Shown in pieces: positions 38,834-51,310 of a DNA stretch of 64,000 nt. Every line of letters begins with the position of its first letter. Positions within the stretch are counted from its first letter, which is position 1. Source of the DNA: Podarcis pityusensis (taxonomy: Eukaryota). Made by a program: the position numbers and the translations under genes. The DNA lies in NCBI GenBank assembly GCA_964106645.2, contig OZ067047.1; one strand, written 5' to 3'. Below the pieces are notes generated by a model. That model searched no databases. It saw nothing but the letters and a program-made list of their open reading frames with translations, and had not been told where the DNA came from.

Positions 38834-41104
38834 CACTTACAAAGCAAAGAACAGCAGGTCCCCTTTATTACAAAACTTGCTTCATTAGGGCATGTGTCTG
38901 GTCACTATATAGTTTCACTAGAGCCACATGCTATATGATCGTCCACCTTGCCAGTTGAAAAGTTCCGTGATGAATATCACTGTGCAAAATTGTCCATAAA
39001 TTGAACCAGAACTAACAGGATAATTACAGCAAATAGGTACAAACTAATGGCGGGGAGCTCATGTCTGATGTTATAGGTTTGTGGGGGACAGATTCCCCTA
39101 AATTCCTGCATGCCAGATACTCCCCATAATTTCTGGAGTCAGTAAAAGTTAGAATTAATCAATGTTCGATTAAACTTCGCCAAACATGGAAAACCCCTCA
39201 ATTTAATTATGCTAACGAGCCAAGCCAGCTTTGCAGAGCTAGCTGGATGGGCCATTAGCAGAGGTCAAAGGCCAGTAATGGCCCATTCAGGAAACCATCA
39301 GAGGGCAAGACTGCCAGGCAAGGGAGAGTGGGGCCCCTTCTTTTCTGGGTGCTAGTGTGCAACCACAGTCTCTGTTGTGTCTCAAAAGGGAACACAGACC
39401 CTGCTAAGCATGTCTGCAACCCCAGGACTTTGCACTACTCATGGTGATTGGGGTGGCATGCAACCCTTATTTTTTCCTCTTTCAAAGTGCAGTTTGCCAG
39501 ATGAGATGTATATTTCTTAATCCAACCTGTTTGCTACTCCTTGTTTCCCATTTCGCTTCATGTCCAAAGGAGTTTGTCATCTGGTGGGGTGGGGGATGGC
39601 ATGATCCTGGAGAGAGAATCCTTCCTGTCTGTTTCTCCTAAACCAGAATGATGCTGTTACCAAAACACACACAATATTAGTGTGGCTTAGTTGAAGAAAT
39701 GAATTCTTGGCTCTCAGAATCAAATATATATGATATAAGATTAAAAGGTCTTTTCCCTCTGGGTAAGTACATCCTGCTCAGTTCTGTATTCACGCATGCC
39801 AGGAAACCTCTGCCTCCAGAGCCTGCTGTCTTCAAGAGGCAGGGTCTTTAATTTCTAAGATCTGACGTGGCCAGAACTGCAGTCATTAACTCACCTTCTC
39901 TTTCTGTTAGACTTCAAGAACAATTTTTGTCAGGATTCCTATGGTTAATACCTTGTATCTCCTCCTGCATCCCAGTTTCTTTTGGGTTTTGCTTCTAAGC
40001 TCATCATCCTATCTCCTCCCTCCTTCCTTGTTACACCCGTCAAATCTTCAAGTAGGAGACATCTCTCTTCGCCTCCTTGTATGTCACTTTCCCACCTGTT
40101 AATTATGCTGGCATAATGGAATGCCTATAAAATGCTTTAAGGTGGCTCAAGCATATGGAACTCCAGATATGCCAGACATAATTATCCGAACCCTTTCTAG
40201 TGAGTTGCAGGAGCTTCATACAATTTTGAAAAAGTCTGCTAACTTCTTCAAAAAACCTAGTTTCCCGCTTCCTCAAAAAAGATGAAGAGCTGTTGCCCAT
40301 AGATTGTTCTCTTTGGAGACCCCTCATTTATTTACTGATCAGTTAATTTGTGAAAGCTGTCCCACTGTACTGATGCCAGAAGTGGCATGTAATGATGTTT
40401 GGATCCCTTTCATACCACCCACCTTCCAATGATACAATCATTCAGATGAACAGAGATTGTTCAGAGCAGAAGCATAGCTTGATAGCCCTGTGGCACAGAA
40501 TGCAACGTGACTCATTTCCATGGAATGCAGTATGACTCATAAGCCTGCATCTAATACCAAGTCCTGTCCTGGTTTAAACTCTACTACAACATATTTGTGA
40601 TGAGATTAATACTTCAGAAACAAGGGTGCAGTCTTACCACAGCATCCCTTAGAGCAAGCCCTTAGAGCTACAGCCACTGCCCTGGCCAACCTGTTTCTTC
40701 TCTCAAGTGCCTCTGAGCCCCCTTCTCCAGTGTTGTTTTCAGTACTACTGTTTCCCCCCTGAAATAATAAACATCTTCACCATCATTAATACTTCTAACC
40801 CAGCTGTCACCCTGCAAGATCACAGAGCAGTAGACAACAATGAAATAAACACATCACAAATACATTGAACCAATAAGCAGAAGCATTAAACCAAGTACAT
40901 GTATAGCAAATCAACTCTCTTAACAGTTCATTCACACCATACATTTAAAGCACATGGCTTCCATCAGAAAATCCAGGGAACTGTAGTTTGTTAAGTGTGC
41001 TAGGAAATGTAGCAAGGTGAGGTGTAAATTAGTGTCCCCAGGATTCTTTGGGGGAATCTGTTCGAAAAACGCCTGGGAAGGCTACCACCACCTCTCCGGT
41101 GGTC

Positions 41105-41166
41105 ACTAACTTCCAACAGAACTCCAGCAGTACTGACTAACTTCCAACAGAACTCCAGCAGTACTG
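41105..41166. repeat. Perfect 31-bp tandem duplication
   Basis: actaacttccaacagaactccagcagtactg x2. Confidence 0.95.
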
Positions 41167-42668
41167 AGACTTCCTGTCTCACGCTCTCAGACACTCAGAC
41201 ACTCACTTGATATAAACAACATAGTGCTACTTGCTGTTAGGATAAAAATCCTAACAGAATTCAGGTGCATTAAGTGAGCTTTAACACTCTTCTCCTGAAT
41301 GCCTGCCCAAAGAGAGAAGTCATCCATTAAGAGGACCACAGCTTTTCCACAGGGAGGGAACTTTATAACCAAGAAGGCCACCACAGACCCTTTCCTAGGT
41401 CACCACATCAGGAGCCATAGTAGTTGCTAGGGCTTCCTCTTCAGATCTGGGGAGATATTGTACAGACCACTTGTTTTGCAGCCCCTTCAAAAGACATGTC
41501 CTCAAAGATTCTCCTCTCACACAAAAGAAGGGGGATTCACATAACAGCAATGTAGGTAAGATGCATTTACATGGCTGTGCAAAATTTGGCATTTGTTGTT
41601 TGGGGTTTTTTAAGCCATGGAAAGCTGCTACAGAAACAATAAAAGACCAGCCAGTCATCATGGAAGAATGAATCGTGTATGAACTGTAAACAAGGTTGGG
41701 GACTTCCGGGGTGGCGCCATCGGTAATGGCTGATTCCCTCTGACTCGGAGGGGACCGGCTCTGCGGAAATCGGGTCTGTACCGCTACGGCGAAGCGGGGA
41801 CCCTTCAAAAATCACAGGCGGGTGAAGCCTGTGACCGTGGGACTCGGCGGGCACCTTTTGCGCCCCCCCAATTTGCAAAGGAGCCCGATTACGGGTTCCG
41901 GAGTGAAGCGGGGAAGCGGCGCGGTGCTGTGAGTCAACTGCTTCTTCCGTGGAGCGAAGCCGCACAGCCGTTACCGGAGAGCGCTACCTTTTTCCTGTGA
42001 CAATTTGTCTACAAAACAACGATCCGTGAGTAGGCTAATTTGGGAATTAAAGGAGAACAAAGAATAAAGAAGTAATTTGATACCGAAGCGGAGAGGCATA
42101 AACAGGAAGTCTGCCTTCCGTTCTTAAAAATAGAGTAAAGCAATGAACTGGCAAGCTAAAACCTTGAAAGATGTTTGAAAAGGACTATAATTCTATCATC
42201 AAAACAAGCGATTTCCCCCCTTGATTGCAGGAGAGGAGGGGGGAAAGGTGTGAACTGTATTTTCCTGCAAAAAGAGAGAAAGGGAAGCTAAAATCCACCG
42301 CTTAAACCCTGGGAACGGGCTGCCAATGAACAATAAGAATGCTGTACTGTGAAATGCGCTATTGGTGAAAGTACTTTCTGACAGCTAACTTGGCAAGTGA
42401 GATACAAGTAGGATACAATATTTCTGGCAGGCTTCTCCTGGTTTCAAAGTAACTGGAAAATAACTGAAAATTGAAACTGTCGTCTATTTTGTGAACTGGG
42501 GGGATTAAAAGAAAAAAGGTTATTTATTTTAAGGTAACAACTTCAGACTGCTACTGTGTCCCCCTAGAGGAAGTTTGAAACTGTTACAATAATAACTGGG
42601 CCAGGGGAATTTTCCACTTCAAAACAAATTCTGGTCGTGGGATTGACCTTGGCCTTATCTAGAGTGTT

Positions 42669-43756
42669 ATGGCAAATGGAAAAGAGAAAATAGATTTGCT
42701 TCAGGAAAAAACAACGAGGTCTGGTAGATCATTTCGCCCAGACGTTGGGCTGCAGCGAAGAGCATCAACATCTGGCCCTTCTGGCCCTTCTGGCTTACCA
42801 ACAGGGGCTGCATTGGTACAATCTAAACCCAAAGGAATGGCATTCGAAGATGCTTTAGCTCAGGCACTAGGTAAAATTAATGAATCTCTGGAAAAAATAA
42901 ATAAACAAGTAGCTGAAGCATCAGTTAAAATTGATCAAAATACCACAAGTATTAACAATTTGGGACAGAAGGTAAATACTAACACAGAAACCATTGAGAA
43001 ATTGCTACAGGAATCTACTTCGACCCGAAAGACAGCTGAAGAAGCAAAGGAAATAGCAGTTGCTGTAGAAGAGAAGATACCACCGATACACAAGCAACTT
43101 GAAGACCACAGGTTAATATTGTCTATGATTGAATTGAAGGAGAAACAAACGAATTTGAGGATCAGGGCCGTACCTGAACTTGAGAAAGACAACTTGACTG
43201 ACTTCCTTACCCAGGAATTTGCAGACTTTTGGAATCCAGACTTGGAGAAGGACAACTTTAAGATAGTGAGCGCTTTAAGGCTTGGAAGAGGAGGGAAGAA
43301 CAGGGTGAGAGACTGTTTGATCACCCTCCGAACAAAAGAGGAGAGAGACAAAATCTTGAGTCTGCACTACCAGAAGACTTTGGAAATACATCAGTCAAAG
43401 GTGGAGATATTTAAGGACATTCCGAAATATCTTTTGGACCTTAGATCCAATTATAGAATCTGGTTGCCCTGCTGAGAAGCAACAAAATCATCTTTAGGTG
43501 GGAATTCCCCCAAGGCCTTTCCTTTAGTTTCAAAGGAAGAAAGATAAAAATAAGATCAGAGGACGACAAAGAAAGATTTTTGAGAGACCACGGAGAAGAC
43601 CTGCAGAAAGAAGCTGGAGAAGAGTTAAGAATACTAGAAAGAGGAACTTTAGACATACCAAGACTACCTTTTGAATTAAAAGACCGCCTGGAGAAAGTGA
43701 TACCACCGACAGAACAGGAACAGGCACTTGGTGCAGTTGGAGGAGAAGTAAAGTAA
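42669..43756 (+). pseudogene. L1 ORF1p (coiled coil, RRM, CTD) with one frameshift near 43457
   Basis: Heptad-rich N-half and NLRIRAVPE RRM start; the shifted frame continues NLVALLRSNKIIFRWEFPQGLSF... to TAA 43754-43756, 7 nt before ORF2. Confidence 0.85.
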
Positions 43757-43763
43757 CTACATC

Positions 43764-46700
43764 ATGGCTCTGCAACTACTAAGCTGGAATTGTAATGGTC
43801 TCAACTCCCCTCAGAAAAGGAAATCTGTGTTTCATTTATTAAAAAAGGAACAATTTGACTTGATTTGCTTACAGGAAACACATGTAACAAGGTTACACAG
43901 GAAAGTATTGATTAACAAAAGACTGAGCCAGGAATTTATTTCTTCGGATAAAGTTAAAAAAAGAGGAGTAGTGATTTATGCAAAGGAGAGACTATTACCG
44001 GAATTTATCTTCAAAGATGACCAAGGAAGATTTGTGGCAATTGAAATTCAAATACAAGGAGAGAAATTCTTAATAGTAGGTGTTTATGCACCAAATGAGG
44101 GGAAATCTGAATTCTTTAAAAAGTTGCATGAGACCTTGATGGACTATTTGGACTATAATGTGATTTTGATGGGAGATATGAATGGAGTGGTATCTACACA
44201 TATGGACAAGGCACAAAGACAGGTAGTCACTAAGGATGGTAGACTACCGAAAACCTTTTTTGAGATGACAGACAACTTGGACTTAGTTGATATCTGGAGA
44301 ACAAAGAATCCCCTGGCCAGAGAGGGAACCTTCTTTTCTGAAGCCAAACTGACATGGACAAGAATTGACCAAATATGGCTAACTAGAGGAATGGCACCAA
44401 AGACAAGAAAAGTGGAAATCTGCCCAAAAACCTGCTCCGACCATAATGCTGTTAAGATGGAGATGAAACTAACACCAACCGGCTCCTTCAGATGGAGGAT
44501 GAATGATGCCTTATTTAGAGATGAAGAAGTCATTAAGAAGGCCCAAAAAACCTTGAGAGACTATTTTGAGATAAATATGAACACCAATGTTGAAAAAAGA
44601 GTAAACTGGGACGCAAGCAAAGCTGTTATGAGAGGGTTCTTGATACAACAGCATGCATTAAAGAAGAGAATTCAAAATGAGAAGGATAAAATATTGGAGA
44701 AAATAAAGGAAAGTGAAAAGAAATTGAGAGCAAAACCAAAGTCGCAAGAGATTTTGAGAGAAATAAAGTTATATCAAGTACAATACATGAAAATGAAGAA
44801 TCAGGAGATAGAATGGAAAATTAAACAAATGAGACAAAAGATATTTGAGTCGGCTAATAAATGTGGGAAATTGTTGGCTTGGCAAATGAAAAAAAGACAA
44901 AAACTAAATACTATTACAAATTTAGAAGTGGAAGGAAGGAATATACAGAACCCAGTTGAGATTAGAAATTGTTTCCAGAGGTATTTTAAACAACTATATA
45001 CACAAGGGCCACAGAAAGAAATTGATGTAGACCGATTTTTGAAAACAAATGGATTACAAAAAATCTCTCAAGAAAATAAATTAATGCTGAACTATAAAAT
45101 AACTGAACAGGAGGTAGAAGGTGCCATTCAGAATATGCAACTAGGTAAATCTCCAGGACCGGATGGACTGACTTCTAGATACTACAGATCCTTGAAGGAA
45201 TGGCTAGTACAACCTTTAAAGGAAGTCTGTAACGAAATAATGGATGGGAAAAGGGCACCAGAGTCGTGGAAAGAAGCGTATATTACACTTGTACTGAAAA
45301 TAGAGACTGAAAAGACCCAGCTTAAGAACTACCACCCCATATCACTGCTCAATGTGGATTACAAAATCTTTGCAGACATTTTGGCTAAAAGACTAAAAAG
45401 AGTCCTAATGGAAGAGATACATAAAGATCAAGCAGGCTTTCTCCCGGGTAGACATTTGTATGACAATGTGAGAAACATAATCAATATTTTAGAAAAACTA
45501 CAAGTGAATATAAATACCAAGGCAGTTTTGATATTTGTGGACGCGGAGAAAGCCTTTGACAATATTTCTTGGAGTTTCATGAAGAAGAACCTACAGGGGA
45601 TGGGGGTAGGCCAAGGCTTTGAAAACGGTATAAGTGCAATTTATTCAGAACAAAAGGCTAAATTAATTGTAAATAACGTGGTGACGGAGGAATTTAAGAT
45701 AGAAAAAGGGACATGACAAGGTTGCCCAATCTCCCCATTGCTATTTATATCGGTCCTGGAGGTCCTGCTGAATATGATTAGAAGGGACCAATTGGTTAAA
45801 GGTATACAAGTCGGAGCTAAACAGTATAAATTGAGAGCATTTGCAGATGACTTAGTATTGACATTGCAGGAGCCAGAATCTAGTACTAAAAGGGTTTTGG
45901 AACTGATTCAAGAATTTGGTCAGGTTGCAGGATTTAAATTGAATAAGTTAAAAACAAAGGTCTTAGAGAAAAACTTAACTGTGATTGAGAAAGAGAGGTT
46001 TCAGAATGAGACAGGTTTAACAGTGGTTAAGAAAGTGAAATACCTGGGGATTAACATGACAGCAAAAAATGGGAATCTATTTAAAGACAATTATGAAAAA
46101 TGCTGGGCTGAAGTGAAAAAAGACTTAGAAATTTGGTCAAATTTGAAGCTTTCACTGCTAGGCCGTATTGCTGCGATAAAAATGAATGTATTGCCTAGAA
46201 TGTTATTTCTCTTTCAAACATTGCAAATTTTGGACAAAATGGATTGCTTCAAGAGGTGGCAGAGAGATATCTCTAGATTTGTCTGACAGGGCAAGAAGCC
46301 TAGAATAAAATTTAAAATACTAACGGATGCAAAGGAAAGAGGTGGATTTGCCCTGCCAGACCTTAAACTTTATTATGAATCAGCAGCTTTTTGCTGCCTG
46401 AAAGAATGGCTGCTTCTTGAAAACACAGACATTTTGGACTTAGAAGGTTTTAATAATGTATTTGGATGGCATGCATATTTGTGGTATGATAAGGTCAAAG
46501 CACATAAAGCATTTTAAAAACATATTGTCAGGAAAGCATTGTTTAATGTCTGGATAAGATATAAAGACCTACTGGAAAATAAAACCCCAAGGTGGCTGTC
46601 ACCGATGGAAGCGAAAGCTCTGAAAAAGCTCAATATGGAGGCCAAATGGCCAAAATATTGGGAAATTCTGGAACAAGAGGGAGATAGACTGAAATTGCAG

Positions 46701-47498
46701 AGCTTTGAGAAACTAAAAAACAAAGTGCGAGATTGGCTTCATTATTATCAGATAATGGAGGCATACAATTTGGATAAGAAAATAGGCTTCCAGGTGGAAA
46801 AATCAAAATTAGAAACAGAACTGTTAGAACCCAAAACTAAGATTTTGTCAAAGATGTATAACTTGCTGTTGAAATGGAATACTCAGGATGAAACGGTTAA
46901 ATCTGCTATGATTAAGTGGGCACAAGATGTTGGACATAATATAATGATGGCTGACTGGGAACAGTTATGGACCACAGGTATGAAGTTTACGGCATGTAAT
47001 GCCTTAAGAGAGAATATTATGAAAATGATATACAGGTGGTACATGACACCAGTGAAGCTTGCAAAAATCTGTCACTTGCCCGATAATAAATGTTGGAAAT
47101 GTAAAGAGACTGAAGGTACATTCTTCCACCTTTGGTGGACTTGCCCAAGGATCAAGGCTTTCTGGGAGATGATCTGTAATGAAATGAAAAAGGTATATAA
47201 ATATACCTTCTTGAAGAAACCAGAGGCTTTTCTCCTGGGCGTGGTCGGCCAATTGGTGCCAAAGAAGGACAGAATTTTCTTTATGTATGCCACAACAGCA
47301 GCAAGAATACTTATTGCAAAGTATTGGAAGACACAAGATTTACCCACTCTGGAAGAATGGCAGATGAAGGTGATGGACTATATGGAACTGGCGGAAATGA
47401 CTGGCAGAATCCGAGACCAGGGAGAAGAGTCGGTGGAAGAAGATTGGAAGAAATTTAAAGACTATTTACAGAAATATTGCAAAATTAATGAATGTTAG
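43764..47498 (+). pseudogene. L1 ORF2p (APE endonuclease, reverse transcriptase, CCHC finger), one frame with three nonsense codons
   Basis: Motifs SWNCNGLN, LQETH, GDMN, SDH, KSPGPDG, DAEKAFD, QGCP, FADD, YLGI, CWKC..H..C; stops TGA 45714-16, TGA 46284-86, TAA 46515-17. Confidence 0.93.
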
Positions 47499-48946
47499 AA
47501 TGATGTCAGAATGAAATTAAGTGGTCTTAGCAGCAATGTTATAAAGGTGTATGTACAAATGGATTGTTAACAGATGAGAATCTAAAGTTATAATATGTTA
47601 AGTTAAAGGATTAAGACAAAAACAAAGAGGGAAAGGAATTGCTGAATTAACTAATAGAACTGGAATACAAAAAAGGGAGGTGTGAGGAAGTCAGGGAAGT
47701 AAGGAAATGAAATGTAAGTTATGGAAAGATCGATGTGTGTTTTTTTAAGTGTTTTTTATCTTTTTTCTGTATTTTGTATTTTGTATTTTTTTCTTTTTTA
47801 TTTCTTTTTCTTTTTCTTTTCTTTTTATCTATGTAATTTTTTCTTTGAAACTTTAATAAATATCATTTTTTTAAAAAAAGGTTGAAACATGCAAATCTTC
47901 TCAGCAAGGAACAGAACAGAAAGGAACTAAATGTTAAGATACTTGAGGTATACCGCTGCAGACATAGTCTTTTGATAGCTCAGTATTCAAGAATCCAGAA
48001 ATATGTAGATATATTTGTAAAGAGTAGCAGAGGTGGGTTTTTCTCCTACAAGGAACACTGCTTTCTCCTGCCTTCACTAGACCTCACATACGTTCAGCTC
48101 CCAAATTAAATTCTGGCTGTGTCTTCCTTGTCACCCCATGAACCAGGTGGGATGTCCACTTTGGCTGCACACAAACAATACACTTAAAACACATGACTCC
48201 TCCCCCCCCCCCAAGAATCCTGGAAACTGTAGTTTACCCCTCACAGAGCTATGATTCTCAGCATCCTTAACAAACTCCAGTTCTCAGGAATCTTTGGGGT
48301 GGGGAACATGTTTTAAATGCATGTTATGTTATTGGATGCTTACTATTTGTTTATTTGTTGCATATATATACTGTCTTTCTGCCAAGGCACCCAAGACGGT
48401 TTACGATTTTGAAATATTAAAGCAATCAAATTATATAAAGGTAAAATCAGCACTGCAGTGGAGGAGACCGTCAGACTCAGCAAGCCCTAATGTTATAATT
48501 ATAATTATTATTATGTTTCCCCCAGCCAGATGTTGTCTTTCCCTGCCTCCATCACTCTCTTTTTCTTTCTCAGAGGGCAGACGGTGTCCGTTGAGCCCTT
48601 TTTATGGGGTAGTTTTCTACCCCAAATGTGATCTCCAGTGTATCTTGGGGTAGTCATTTGTTCAGCGTTTTGTTTAAAGTGGGAGAGGTTACTTTTGAAA
48701 AATTGCTCTGAAGAAAGGGGCGTTATCACTGACACAGGGACTAGTCAGTTAGTGCTTGTACGCATTAGCATTTGCTACAAACTGGTGGGTTTGCTGCAAA
48801 CAGCTTTCCTGAACTCAGTTGAGGAGAAGAGATTGTGCATGTGCGCAAAATCAGTAAGTGTGCTTCCACACCTTCCTCCTTTTGATTCTCACAGACCAGT
48901 TAGGGAACTTGATGACATTAATGTTCCCTTTTCTTTCAATTCCTAG

Positions 48947-49056
48947 TCTCTGGAGACTGCCCTCAAGTACTGCAACTACATGTTCACCACTGTGTTTGTC
49001 CTGGAAGCGGTTTTGAAGCTTGTAGCCTTTGGGCTGAGACGCTTCTTCAAAGACAG
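48947..49056 (+). CDS. CACNA1I: Exon ~27, DIV S2 ([13 protein letters not shown]...RRFFKDR)
   Basis: tcctag|TCT ... AG|gtaagt, 110 nt. Confidence 0.96.
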
Positions 49057-49951
49057 GTAAGTTGGAAGGAATGTGAGTCATACCCTGTGGCACATAGAAG
49101 ATCAGAGGTGACACATTCTGTGTTTGGAATACCATTCACTACCTGAACTACTGTATTTGAATTAGCATGAACTTGGGGAGAGGGGACTCTGACCACAGAC
49201 ATTTTTACAAAGTAATGCTTAGGGCACCCTTCCTCACTGGGTACCCTCTGGGAGTTTTAGTTTCTGCCTCCCATCATCCTTGACCATTGGTCATGTTGGT
49301 TGGGGCTGATGGGAGCAGTAGTCTAAAACAGCTGGAGGGTGCCAGGTTGGAATAGGTTGGCTTAGAAGGAAGCCTCTTTCCCTGGAAGGAAATACAGATG
49401 ACATGGCTATCAAGGCATTCCTTCACTCAGTGGAACTCTCCAGTCATTTCCCACCACCTTGGCCACCACTTTGCCTTTATAAAGTGTTTGCCTTCTATTT
49501 ATCTCTTAGCTCCTTCCCTAGTCACCATTGCTCAGGGACACACTTACCATGTCCCAAATTCAGTCCAGTTAAAGAATCTAAGATATTGGGGCGGGGAATG
49601 CTGCTGCCAATCAAAGTGAACAATATTGAATCAGTATAAAGCATTTTGATGTATCATATTTAAAAAATGTGCCTCCCCACCTGCCAAATAATAATCAAAT
49701 GCCATGCAAATATAAATTCTCATCCAAGCAAACAGAACAGCCAAAATAAAGGATGTCCGTTTGCTTAATTGGCATGCTCTTTTATTTAATTAGCAAACAC
49801 AGATTTGCATGTTTTGTTCCATTTTTTTTTAAAAACGGAACCTTTGATAAGTACAGCATTACAAATAACTTGTTGATAAGCTGTGCCCAGTTTGAAAGTG
49901 TGTCATTTATGAAAATTGTCAAAGGAATAAATTGATTCCCATCTCTTAAAG

Positions 49952-50085
49952 GTGGAACCAACTGGACCTGGCCATTGTTCTGCTCTCAGTCATGGGCATC
50001 ACACTTGAGGAGATTGAAATAAATGCTGCCCTTCCCATCAACCCCACCATCATCCGTATCATGAGAGTGCTGCGTATTGCCCGAG
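49952..50085 (+). CDS. CACNA1I: Exon ~28, DIV S3-S4 ([11 protein letters not shown]...[12 protein letters not shown])
   Basis: ttaaag|G ... G|gtgagc, 134 nt. Confidence 0.95.
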
Positions 50086-50147
50086 GTGAGCTACAGAGGG
50101 AGCTACAGAGCACAGACTGAACAATAGGCGTGTTTCAGGAAGGATGA

Positions 50148-50333
50148 GGAAGGGCTGTGGCTCAGAAGTAGAGCATACGCTTTGAATGCCAAAGGCCCCA
50201 ATTTCTATCCTTGGCACCCCCCCCAACAAGGTTGAGAAGGACTCCTTGCCTGAAACCCTGGAGAGCCATGTCCAGTCAGTAGACAGTATTGAGCTAGATA
50301 TACCAATGGTCTTCCTATATTCCTATGTTCCTA
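50148..50333 (+). mobile_element. tRNA-derived SINE (Squam3-like)
   Basis: Head gtggctcagaagtagagc, body cctgaaaccctggagagcc, ttcctatgttcct tail. Confidence 0.78.
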
Positions 50334-51239
50334 ATGTATTAGTAGGAGAGTAGATTGGGGAAGACTAAGCAACTTGGAGTCTCTGTGCTAAATCACATGT
50401 TGGGCCTCACATGCCCCTGATGCTTGTGAAATTTGTCATCTTCTGTGTGTGTGCAAGAGCCACACAGATGCAGTCATTCTGGCATCTTTCTCCTACCATG
50501 CTTATCCAGTGTGACTCTTCAGCATGCGTAGCAGGGCTCTTCTGAACACCTTGCAGGTTTCCAGTGCTCTGAATTTTTCACAGAACTATGAATTTGAGCA
50601 GAGCTGCTTTCTCATGTGATGACAACTGAGTAACACTCAACTAACTGGGACTTTGCCAGACATACTGCCAGACATTCACATGTACCTGTACAAGTGATTC
50701 TGCCGGAGGTAGAACCGGAGGTGTTTAGAGCATGAACTTCCCCAGTTAGCCATGTATGGACTAATTACGAGTTGAGCCAAACATCTCCAGAACCCAGGCC
50801 CCTATAGTAATTAGTGTGGGGACCTGTTCCCTCTGACATTTACCTGGTGGCACCCAAATCAATGAGAAGTACGGCTGGGCTGCTGCAACCTTTGTTAGGC
50901 TGCATGGGACCCCTGAGAATGCCAAGGGCACTGGTGTTGCAATTTTGGTCCTTGGTAAGAATCCTCTGAATTCTGGTACCCAAGAGAGTATGCTCATCTG
51001 TATAGTGGCGAGGGCACCATAATTACTGGGAATTATCATTTCAGAAACAGAAGGGGTTAAATGGAGAGGAGGCGAGTGGTTGAGAAAAAGAGACTGGGTG
51101 GTGGGGAGAAAAAGATGAGATGTTGGCAGGAGTGTCCTCTAATCAGACACATTAGGGAGAAAAACCAGCAACAGGACCATTGCTTGGTTTGCTGATCCTG
51201 TGTGAAAAGCCACTCACTTTGCTTTTTCCCCCATGGCAG

Positions 51240-51310
51240 TTTTGAAGCTCCTGAAGATGGCGACTGGGATGCGAGCATTACTGGACACAGTTGTGCAAGC
51301 ACTGCCGCAG
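51240..51310 (+). CDS. CACNA1I: Exon ~29 ([24 protein letters not shown])
   Basis: tggcag|TT ... CAG|gtaaat, 71 nt. Confidence 0.96.

Larger units (their letters stand above)
41699..47877 (+). mobile_element. Full-length L1-clade LINE (~6.2 kb), sense to host gene, in intron 26
   Basis: CpG-rich 5' UTR, ORF1, ORF2, 3' UTR with AATAAA (47855-47860) and short A tail; TSD AAGGTTG at 41692-41698 and 47878-47884. Confidence 0.93.

Noticed and set aside
41395-41965. Antisense ORFs out of the L1 5' UTR as an ORF0 analogue
   Set aside because: Non-ATG starts, they run into unrelated flanking DNA, and GC richness explains their length
43450-43480. Programmed frameshift in L1 ORF1 or stop read-through in ORF2
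   Set aside because: No slippery site; the lesions look like ordinary decay
51230-51239. Acceptors of exons 26 and 29 share CCCATGGCAG
   Set aside because: Partly dictated by splice consensus; too short to support a shared origin
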